NCBI GenBank assembly: GCA_947625665.1
Contig: CANQPF010000002.1
Location: forward strand, 1-55,093
Source of the DNA: an uncultured Clostridia bacterium
Lineage (GTDB): Bacteria; Bacillota; Clostridia; TANB77; CAG-508
DNA: 55,093 nt
Direction of reading: 5' to 3'
The translations under genes and the position numbers were made by a program. Numbering within the stretch: the stretch's first letter is position 1; each line of letters opens with the position of its first letter. The notes beneath the pieces are model-generated. The model did not search any database. It was not told the origin of the DNA and saw nothing but the letters and a program-made list of their open reading frames with translations. Below, one piece after another: positions 17,502-26,500 of the stretch.

Positions 17502-18168
17502 CCGCTACGAAACTGTTTGGAGCTGCAAAGAGACCAGTTTGCCCCATATTGCCCGGATTTGGTGGATTATTCTCGATAAACTCGTAATCCACAAAAGCGT
17601 CTAGTAAGCCTTGTAGTGTGATTCCAGGGTGTCCAGGAGCCTCCATGCTACCCAAAGGAGCTTCGCTCGCACCAGCTCCACTGAATGTTGCCCCTCCAAA
17701 GTGTGCCCCGGAAAATTGATTTAAGATAGGGCATATTTTAGACCAAACTAACTTCTGTGAATCAGAGTATGTTGTATATCCATGTTCCGCATCCCATATA
17801 GCCTTTTGTGCTTGTCCAAAAGTTACACCATTTAAAGTAACCCAAAGTGCAGTCCTATAGGTAGCATCATATTTAGACCTCCATTTTTCCTGCCCATCCT
17901 GGCCATAAAGGATTACGAAATCTGGTTCAAATCGTAGCTCTCCATAAAATTTATAAGGCGTGCCAGTACTTATACCTTTACCATGGTTTCCACAAAAAAC
18001 TTCTCCTACTCCATCTAATGAATAGTTTCCTGTGGCATTTGCTCTGAAGGTATAGTTTCCCTGTGGTGCAGGTATTGATGAGGCATATGCTTTTGCAATG
18101 AAGTAAAATGCTACAATTATTAACAATGAAATTATTATCTTTACTATATTTTTAATTTTTCGTTTCAC
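17428..18168 (-). CDS. N-terminal segment (246 codons) of the split module 2 B-type adhesin, carrying the signal peptide and the putative thioester-like head
   Basis: The start is GTG 18168 with SD AGGAGG 8 nt upstream. The signal peptide is MKRKIKNIVKIIISLLIIVAFYFIAKAYA. The head motifs are GEVFCGNHG and FGQAQKAIWDAEHG. Confidence 0.8.
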   Translation of the reverse strand: MKRKIKNIVKIIISLLIIVAFYFIAKAYASSIPAPQGNYTFRANATGNYSLDGVGEVFCGNHGKGISTGTPYKFYGELRFEPDFVILYGQDGQEKWRSKYDATYRTALWVTLNGVTFGQAQKAIWDAEHGYTTYSDSQKLVWSKICPILNQFSGAHFGGATFSGAGASEAPLGSMEAPGHPGITLQGLLDAFVDYEFIENNPPNPGNMGQTGLFAAPNSFVAVEQHWERSRRWPQVYKNRTVGLQP

Positions 18169-18187
18169 CTATCTTACCTCCTTTCCT

Positions 18188-21100
18188 CTAAATTTTTCTC
18201 CTTATTTTATTTGTGTTTAATACTTTTTTTCTAATAAAATATATTCCTAGTCCTGTAATAACTACTACCACTAGAGCTAATGAAGTATATACAACTCCTG
18301 AACCTGTTTTTACACTAACTATTAAATCAGCTCCACTATAGTCATTTTCATTTTTATCTCCATTTCCTGGTACTGAGTTAATATCTTCAGTTCCTTCCTC
18401 ATTATATGCTTCAATTATCTCTGCTGTATTTCCCATAATTCCAGTATTGTCATCAGTCATTCTCTTTGTTAGTATAAGTGGTACTATCTCGCTATCACCT
18501 GGTGCTATTGCTAAGTCTTGTAGACTATTTGTCCTTAATGTAGCTCCTGTTTGATACCAATCATAGTTCATTTCTGAACTAAATACTAAATCTTGTGGTA
18601 AATAATCTTCTATTGTTTTTACATATCCTGAAACTTCACCAACATTTCTTACTTCAAGATAATATTCTATTATTATATCTGCATCTTCCATCTTCTTTCT
18701 GTCTAATTCAACTTTTGCTAATGTTTCTTTATCATAATTGTATTCTTTAATATCTCCATCACTTGTTAATACATATATTGAATTTATGTATTTCTTTAAT
18801 TCAAAATCGAATTTTCCTGTAGTTACTAAACCTATATTTATATCAGATATATTATCGTTTTCTTCAACTTTTAATACATCTGTTATTCCATAAATTTTTT
18901 CTTCTCCGTCTAAGTCTAGTCCTTTTGAAATGGCTTTAGAATTTTTACTTGGATCTACTCCTGCTTTTTGATATGCTGTTACTTTATACATAGCTGTATC
19001 ATATTCAAATACTGCTATATATTCCCCTGCAGGTATGTCTTCAAGTACATATTTACCTGTGCTATCTGTTGTTCCTTGTATTTCATTTCCTTCTTCATCT
19101 GTTGCAAATTCATTCGTTTCAACGTCTAATAATTTTACATCCATATTTTCAACTGTATTTTCATAACTATCTTTAGCTCCGTTTAAATCTCCATCTACCC
19201 AAGCATATCCTGATATTGTTGTTTGTTCTTCTGGTTCTTGATATGGATAATCTTGTTCATCTCCTGAATCTGTTCCTGGATTTCCTCCTGGATTTTCAGT
19301 TGGTGTTATTCCTGGATTTCCAGATGGTGCTATCGTTGGATTTCCTCCTGGATTTCCACTTGGTGCTACTGTTGGATTTCCTCCTGGATTTTCAGTTGGA
19401 GCTGTTGTCGGATTTTCTCCTGGATCTTCAGTTGGTGCTGCCGTTGGAGGAGTTGTAGGTGTAGGTGCTTTTAACGTGTACGTTATTTCTGAAGTTTCAT
19501 TTAATCTTACTCCATCTTTTTCTAATATAGCTTTGTTTTTCATTTGTATATCGTTAGTTATATTGTAATCATTGGTTATCATTGTTTTTAATATTATTTT
19601 CTTTGTTTCATCTGCTTCAAAATTCGTTCTAGTTGAAAATTTATTTCCTGATATTTCTAAATCTGTTGTTTCTCCTGCTTCATTTGTTTGAGTAGCACCT
19701 AAAAGTATCATTCCGTATGGTAGCTCATCTTTTATTAGGATATCATTTTTTTGAATTTCACTTTCATTTTTTACTTCTATTGTAAAATTTATTTTTTGTC
19801 CTGGATTGACATTTCCACTTTCTACATCTGAAGTTAACTTTATGCTTAATCCTTTATCTTGTTCAACCTTAATTTTTGCTCCATTTGCTCTATATATATT
19901 ATTGTTATATTCTAATTGGCTATTAACTGATAAACTTTTTATTTCATTAGTTCCATTTATTTTAAATCTTCCAAATATTAATATATTTTGATTTGGTCCT
20001 ATTTCATCTATTGTATATGTATTTTCGCTTATTCTATTATTATCGTTCATTTTCCACATATATAAAAGTTCTATTTGTTCTGGAAGATTCCATGCAACTT
20101 TAACATTTTTTATTGTTTCTTGTGTAGTATTTGTTACCATTATATTCATTGTTGTTTCTTCACCTACTAATGCATAAGAACTCATAAGTTGTTCAAATTG
20201 TGTTCTTATTTCAATACCATCATTTTCTTCTCCTACTGTTAAATCTATTTGATTTGATTGAGCTTGTGTATTATTATAGTTAACAATTACTTGTTCACTT
20301 ATTTTTGAAGTAGATACTGCATCATGTAAAACTTTTACTTTTATTTTTTGATCTACTTTCTCTCCTACTTTAATTTCGGGGATTTGTATTTGAACTGTTC
20401 TATCTTCTAATTCTTTGTACATTCCAAATGTACCATTATACTCATCTGCTAATAATACTGTTCCATCTGGTACATTTGCTGTCATCTGTACTCCTGTTAA
20501 GTCTTCATCTCCTGTATTTTTAAGTTCTACATTATATTCAATTACTTCTCCTCTTTTTACTTCTGTCTCATTTGATAAATTATCTTGTCCGACAGTAGCT
20601 GTTAAGTTTGCTGATAATTCTGGACCTTGTGCTGTTTTTAATGCTATAGTTGTTGCTTTAACTTCTTGTATTTTGTTTGTTTGATTATCATTATATGTTA
20701 CTGAATATCCTTGATACATTGATTGTTTATATTGTAAATTTGCTGGTACTTCTATGTTATATCCTACTTTTATTTCTTGGCCTACATCCATTTTTGATGT
20801 TTGTATTAAATATTTTTTTATAGCTCCTGGATTTCCTATTTCTGATTGCCATCTATTGTTTACATCTTCAACATCGTCTGTTGCTGATTCATTCTCTGAA
20901 TAATATATTCTTACTTCATTTGGATCTATTCCTTCTACTACTAGAGGTGATCTTAGTACTGCGTCTATATTATTTTCGTATTCATCTCCTCCAATTTTTG
21001 CTGTTCCTTTTGTTCCGAAAGTTCCTAATATTTTTACATCTTGTATCTCTGTTGAATTATTATTTGTAACACTTGATTGAATTGGCAAAACTTTTGCTTC

Positions 21101-23245
21101 TGCATTTATTGGAATTGATTTTTTTATTCCTTCATCTTCTCCTTTTGTTGTTATTCCTAGAGCCTCTATATCATTTGTTGTTATTAAACTTTTTGGTGAT
21201 ACTATATCTATACTTGTTTCTTCTGTTCCATTAGCTTGCCCATCTTTATATTGGTTTGCTTTTGCATTTGTATATGTCATTTTTATCGTATCTTGTTTGC
21301 TTATTGCTTTATCATTTAATTTTAAGTTTGCATTAATATCTATTACAGTTCCTTCTGTTCCCGCTTCTTTATGTCCTTTTTGCTCTCCTTCTAAGTCTAT
21401 TCTTACTGCTTGTTTTCCATCTATTATTCCTTGAGATGACCTTATTTGAGCAAATTCATCTCCAAATATTTTGTTTATACTGTTTACTTTTACTTCTTGT
21501 ACATCTACTGGGAATTCAATTATTATTGAAGGGTTCATGTATAAATCTTGTTCTTGTGAATTTGATTTTAATGTAGCCTTTATTTCTACATCTTCATTTT
21601 CTTGAGTTGTTGATAAACTGTTTGTACCCACTTCAAGCTTAGCTTCCGTAGTTGATTCTTTCAATTCCATATTTGCTGTTGTTGATTCTTTTGTCATGTT
21701 AGTTGTAACTTCTGGACTTGCAACTAATTGTTTAATTAATTTTATTACTCTTCTTGATTGATTTGTTACTCCATTTACTAATTTTGTATTTAATACTGTT
21801 ATTTTACCTTCTACTTGTGGTTTTGTTGTTTCAATTGAAATTCCTTTTTGTCCATCTTCGTATTTTACTCTTATTATTCCTTCTTCATCTGCTTCAGTAT
21901 CTTTTGTTACTTCTGCTATAACATTTCCTTCTGCGTCTTTTATAGTAACTTTTCCTTCTTCTCCTAACACATTTATTAATTCTTCTTTGTTAAATTTAGT
22001 TTGTTTATACATGATGTTTTCTGCTGGAATTAATCCTGCTCCTTGTTCATTTATATATATGTTGTTATTTGTTTGTAATGCTATATTATCTATTCCCTCA
22101 ACATAAGATACTGTTATATCATTCTTTTCTATATAATCTATACTTTTATCTTCATTTTCATATAAATACCCTTTATATATATTTCCTGCTAATTCTGTAT
22201 TTACTGTAACCATATTTCCTATTGGGGCTACTGTTAATTCTTGAGAGTCTTCTTTTACTATGTTATCTTTTACTGTATATAGTGAACTTGCAACCATTGT
22301 TTTTAAACTTATAGGTGTTTCTGTCAATTCTGCTGTATCTGAATATCTATATACTACAGTATATGTTCTTTTATTTTCTTTTGCTTCTTCTTCCCATTTT
22401 ATCTCTTCATCTGTATTTGTATATTCAAATCTAAGTATACCTTGATTATTATACCTTACATTTTCATTGTTTACGCGCTCGCCATTAATAAGCACTACTA
22501 TTGATTCAGGTTTTTTATCATGAAGCATTGGAATTTGTGTTTGAACTACTTCTGATTTTACTGGAACTGTATTGTTAGCTACTTCTGCTTCTATTTCTTG
22601 TTCTAACAAAGTTCCTTTTTCACCTAAACTAAAGTATTTGCTTATTGATTGTTTTATATTAACATCTTCATTAGCTGTCCATATTGGTTTGATTTTTACC
22701 ATTCCTTCAACGTCTTTTTCTTCTTGGTCTTCGTTTAAATATTTTCCATTTATTTTGATTTCTATCTCTTTATCAAAATAACCGCTGTCTATTTTTTCCT
22801 GTCTCTTGAAGTTAATTGGTAATTCAATCAATGCTGTATTATTAGAAGATATGTTTTTTATTTCTATTTCATTTGTTTTTGTATTAACTTTTCCTAAATA
22901 TTTATTTTTCTTTAATTCATCTTTGTTAATACTAAAATTAGGATCTTCTATTTTTATTGTTGCATTTGATAACGAATACTTGTCTTTTACTGCAATTTGT
23001 AAATTTAAAGTTTGCAGTTCGTTTATATTCAGTTCTTTCTCATGCAGTATATTGTCACTTGCAAAAAACGCATCAAACTTGATGTTTTCCCCTTTCGTTA
23101 TCGTTTCTTGATTTTCTAATGCTTCTTCCATAGCAATAACTACATTGCTCCCTGCTACTACGCTATGTGCAAACAAAATACAGAAAACAACTAATATTGC
23201 TATTAGTTTTCTTGCTAAAAGTCTAGTTTGTTCACTTCTCTCCAT
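18188..23245 (-). CDS. A-type giant surface protein of module 2 (1685 aa): DUF11-like repeats, Pro/Gly linker, SdrD-B-like domain and an SVKTG sorting signal
   Basis: The N-terminus MERSEQTRLLARKLIAILVVFCILFAHSVVAG..KGENIKFDAFF..ATIKIEDPNFSINKD aligns with the 1608-aa paralog. An SdrD-B-like stretch is DVKLLDVETNEFATDEEGNEIQGTTDSTGKYVLEDIPAGEYIAVFEYD. The C-terminus is DINSVPGNGDKNENDYSGADLIVSVKTGSGVVYTSLALVVVVITGLGIYFIRKK. Confidence 0.88.
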   Translation of the reverse strand: MERSEQTRLLARKLIAILVVFCILFAHSVVAGSNVVIAMEEALENQETITKGENIKFDAFFASDNILHEKELNINELQTLNLQIAVKDKYSLSNATIKIEDPNFSINKDELKKNKYLGKVNTKTNEIEIKNISSNNTALIELPINFKRQEKIDSGYFDKEIEIKINGKYLNEDQEEKDVEGMVKIKPIWTANEDVNIKQSISKYFSLGEKGTLLEQEIEAEVANNTVPVKSEVVQTQIPMLHDKKPESIVVLINGERVNNENVRYNNQGILRFEYTNTDEEIKWEEEAKENKRTYTVVYRYSDTAELTETPISLKTMVASSLYTVKDNIVKEDSQELTVAPIGNMVTVNTELAGNIYKGYLYENEDKSIDYIEKNDITVSYVEGIDNIALQTNNNIYINEQGAGLIPAENIMYKQTKFNKEELINVLGEEGKVTIKDAEGNVIAEVTKDTEADEEGIIRVKYEDGQKGISIETTKPQVEGKITVLNTKLVNGVTNQSRRVIKLIKQLVASPEVTTNMTKESTTANMELKESTTEAKLEVGTNSLSTTQENEDVEIKATLKSNSQEQDLYMNPSIIIEFPVDVQEVKVNSINKIFGDEFAQIRSSQGIIDGKQAVRIDLEGEQKGHKEAGTEGTVIDINANLKLNDKAISKQDTIKMTYTNAKANQYKDGQANGTEETSIDIVSPKSLITTNDIEALGITTKGEDEGIKKSIPINAEAKVLPIQSSVTNNNSTEIQDVKILGTFGTKGTAKIGGDEYENNIDAVLRSPLVVEGIDPNEVRIYYSENESATDDVEDVNNRWQSEIGNPGAIKKYLIQTSKMDVGQEIKVGYNIEVPANLQYKQSMYQGYSVTYNDNQTNKIQEVKATTIALKTAQGPELSANLTATVGQDNLSNETEVKRGEVIEYNVELKNTGDEDLTGVQMTANVPDGTVLLADEYNGTFGMYKELEDRTVQIQIPEIKVGEKVDQKIKVKVLHDAVSTSKISEQVIVNYNNTQAQSNQIDLTVGEENDGIEIRTQFEQLMSSYALVGEETTMNIMVTNTTQETIKNVKVAWNLPEQIELLYMWKMNDNNRISENTYTIDEIGPNQNILIFGRFKINGTNEIKSLSVNSQLEYNNNIYRANGAKIKVEQDKGLSIKLTSDVESGNVNPGQKINFTIEVKNESEIQKNDILIKDELPYGMILLGATQTNEAGETTDLEISGNKFSTRTNFEADETKKIILKTMITNDYNITNDIQMKNKAILEKDGVRLNETSEITYTLKAPTPTTPPTAAPTEDPGENPTTAPTENPGGNPTVAPSGNPGGNPTIAPSGNPGITPTENPGGNPGTDSGDEQDYPYQEPEEQTTISGYAWVDGDLNGAKDSYENTVENMDVKLLDVETNEFATDEEGNEIQGTTDSTGKYVLEDIPAGEYIAVFEYDTAMYKVTAYQKAGVDPSKNSKAISKGLDLDGEEKIYGITDVLKVEENDNISDINIGLVTTGKFDFELKKYINSIYVLTSDGDIKEYNYDKETLAKVELDRKKMEDADIIIEYYLEVRNVGEVSGYVKTIEDYLPQDLVFSSEMNYDWYQTGATLRTNSLQDLAIAPGDSEIVPLILTKRMTDDNTGIMGNTAEIIEAYNEEGTEDINSVPGNGDKNENDYSGADLIVSVKTGSGVVYTSLALVVVVITGLGIYFIRKKVLNTNKIRRKI
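19278..19445 (-). repeat. Imperfect in-frame 36-bp (12-aa) tandem repeats encoding the Pro/Gly linker APxxNPGGNPTx
   Basis: Units starting with ggatt begin at 19278, 19314 (a 24-nt partial unit), 19338, 19374 and 19410. The protein reads APTENPGGNPTVAPSGNPGGNPTIAPSGNPGITPTENPGGNPGT. Confidence 0.8.
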
Positions 23246-23287
23246 AGTAATCCCTCACATTCTTCTTATAAAAATTCATCTAATAAT

Positions 23288-23316
23288 ATATTAATTCGTT
23301 TTTTTTTTAATATCAA
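23288..23316 (-). promoter_or_regulatory. Predicted sigma-A promoter of module 2: TTGATA, 17-nt spacer, TAATAT
   Basis: The minus strand reads TTGATA-TTAAAAAAAAAACGAAT-TAATAT, with the same hexamers, spacing and distance to the ATG as at 7770..7798. Confidence 0.45.
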
Positions 23317-23472
23317 TATGTGAATTTTCTCTCTTTATCTAGTGTTAAGCTTTCATTACTAGGGAAGGTTATTTTAGCTTTTTTATTTTTCTTTTATTAA
23401 AATTTGTTTATATTCTTATTACATTTTTCGCATTTTTAGACATTTTTCTCCCAAATCTTTATTTTCCGTAAG

Positions 23473-23505
23473 TTTTTCCACTGTCATATTTATTTTTGTG
23501 GAAAA
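23473..23505. promoter_or_regulatory. Second copy of the conserved palindrome: TTTTTCCAC-N16-GTGGAAAA
   Basis: The arms, the 16-nt spacer and the offset of about 157 bp from the -35 hexamer match the copy at 7955..7988. Confidence 0.4.
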
Positions 23506-23507
23506 CT

Positions 23508-23545
23508 AAAAAAGTTCCTAAGCGTTTTGCTTAAGAACTTTTTTA
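23508..23545 (-). terminator. Rho-independent terminator after the module 1 B-type gene
   Basis: The minus strand reads AAAAAAGTTCTTAAGC-AAAAC-GCTTAGGAACTTTTTT. The stem has one mismatch and a T-run, and the element lies just after the stop at 23559. Confidence 0.6.
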
Positions 23546-23558
23546 ATTTTTAGGTATC

Positions 23559-26500
23559 TTATTTAGTTAAAACTTTTTTCTTAATAATTACAATTCCTGT
23601 AGCTAGTATTGTTAATGATAATATTACTGTTCCTATGATCATTATATATGTTATTCCATTTCCACCTGTAGGTGGTGTAATCGTTGTTGTTTCTGCCATT
23701 GTACTATCTGATTCAACATTTGATGCTAGTTTTACATCTCCAGTATTTTCATCAAATATTTCTTGTAGTGATAATGCTGGTATGTAGTTTCCTGGTGTTG
23801 AGATTACATCTCTTCCTCCATGAGCTTTATATACATGTGTAACTTCTGCTTCATTAGATAATTCAATGTCTCCATCTGGGTCTAATATCTTAGAAACTAC
23901 TAGTGATGCTTCTTTTGTTTGTAATGGTTCTAAGTCTTGTTTTAATATGTCAGATTCTAATATTGATACTTTCTTTACTCCGTTACTATCTTTTACTTCT
24001 TGTGAGAACATTTCAAATGTCTCTGAAGTTACTGGATCTGTAAATGTATGGTTGTTTATAAGTGTATCTGCTTCTACTGGTGTCCATCCATTGTTTAGGT
24101 TAGTTTGAGATTCTCTCTCATATCCCCAATCTGAATCTAGATAGTCTATTACTTGTTCTGCACTAAGTGTTCTAACTTTAGCTGAACTTGATGGCGTACC
24201 ATAGTTATAGAATTCAACATCTTCATAATCTAACTCACTCTTGTTTTCTACTTTGAATTTATATTCAACCTCTAATGTACTTCTTTGAGCTATTTCTTTA
24301 TCGATTTCTATTTTTAATTTACCATTGTCTGATTTACCTGTTGGTGCTAAGTATACGAAACTATCTTGTACACCTTCTACATTTCCGCTTTCATCAATTG
24401 TTGCATCTACTAAAGGTTGATTGTTCTTTAAGATTAATTTAATTCTACTTACACGTTTTCCTAATTCTAGATCTTGTCTTGCTCTTTCAATTATTCCAAA
24501 GTCTACATGTGGCACTTCATAAGCTAACATGACATCTTTTGTTGTACCTTCATTTATTTCTGTTTCTGTAACATTTAAATCTGTAAATTCAACTGTTATA
24601 TCCATTGGTGCTGAAGTTGATACCATATCGATTAATTGTGTTTTGTCTGTTCTATTTGTGTTTTCATAAACTTGATGTATTAATCTATTATCAATTTGTT
24701 GTCTTATTTCTTGGCTATCTTGTGCATCTGTATATCTTGGATCTTGAGTTAAATCTTCTTTATATTCTTTGTACCATTGAAGATTGTTCATTTTTCTTTC
24801 CCATTCATCTTTAGGTTGAGTTGTTCCTTTGAAGTCTTCTGCTGAATATTTCATTGCTTTTTCAACATCTTCATCGCTTAGACTTTCAGCTGTTTTTCTG
24901 TTTTCTAGATCAGCATAGTATGTTTTTCCTCCCCAGATGAATTGGATTAAATATTTTCCTGGTACAAATCCTTCTAGCTTATATGTTCCTGCATCTTCTC
25001 CAGTTCCTGCAACTGACATTGCTGTTATTTCTCTATAATCATTTGGATCTATAGGATCCGTTTTTTCAGAGTTTTGTGAATAATCTTTTGCAAGTATTGG
25101 ATTTCCTGATGAGTCTAGTTTTGGTTTTCCTGTTGGAGTACCATTTTCATCTACTTCTGCTTCTACTAACCTTACTCCGATTCCTGCTATTCCAGGTTCT
25201 GTAGCTGCATTATATTTTCCGTCTCCTAATCTTGATTTTCCAGGAGCTGTTGCGTCATCTGCAAATTCTGTTCCTTCTGGTAAATCTTCAAATACATTTC
25301 CTGTTGTGTATCTATTTCCTCCTGCATATTGTAGGATGAATCCTGGTGCTATATCTGTATCATCTTCATAAGTATTTACATCGTCTGGTGTAGCATTTGC
25401 TGGAGCTGAGTCTTTGTCAATTCCTGCATATACGTTTCCGTCTTTATCGAATGATGTATATGAAGATACTTCTGCTACGTTCTCTAATGGACCTTGAGGA
25501 TCTTCTTCATTTTCATTCATTACTAATATTCTTTGTACTGTTTCTCTATCCATTAAAAATTGTACGTATATTTCCATAGTATTGTATTCTTCTGGTATTT
25601 CTTCTACTTCTCCAGTAGTTTCATTTTTCTGCTTACTTGCTTTTCCAGGTTCTATTATTGTATCTGGTGTAGCTATTTTTACTAAGTTATATTTTTCATT
25701 ATAAGTTCCGTCTTCATATTGTAATACTGAATCGTCTGTAATCATACCTTTTTCGTCTATTTGTGAACCTACTTTATATACTTTTCCGTATTTAGCATCA
25801 TAGTAATCTAGTATGCCATTTATTCTTGCTCCTAAAGTTGTAGATTGGTTTACAAAGCTTATTTTGTATGTTACTGCTACATCTAATTCATTATCTTTAT
25901 TTTGATTTTCATCTATAAATGTTGCATCTGATTTATAGATTGGTCTCTTATATGTTTGTGATAATTCACTTTGGAATCTAACTCCTATGTTAAATCCTTC
26001 TGTATATTTAGTATATTCTTCAGTAGGTTTTAATCTATAATTATATGTGTGGTTATATCCATTTATTCCAACTATTGCATTTTGTACATCTTTTATTAAT
26101 GCTATATCTGGTTGTTCTCTCTTATACAAACCTAAGTTTATATATTTGACTTCTTCTACATATCCGTATGAGAAATGACTATAAATATCATATCCTGCAT
26201 TTTCAGTATTTGCTGTTATTGGAGTTTCTAGGTTTGTGTAATCTAAGAATGATTTGTTTACATCTTCTCCTTCACCTCTTGTATATTTAAGATTATATGT
26301 AACATTTCCGTCTTTTCCCTTTGTTACTCCTGTATTTTCTGTTGGATTATCTCCTTCTACTGAATTAAATCTTTCATTAAATTCTTTCCTTACGTCTTCT
26401 CCTTCTTCAGCTTTTGATCCATTATCTAAGTCTATATGTTTTATTACATTTGTATATACTAATCCATTATATTCAAATTCTATATAGTAGTCTTCTAATT

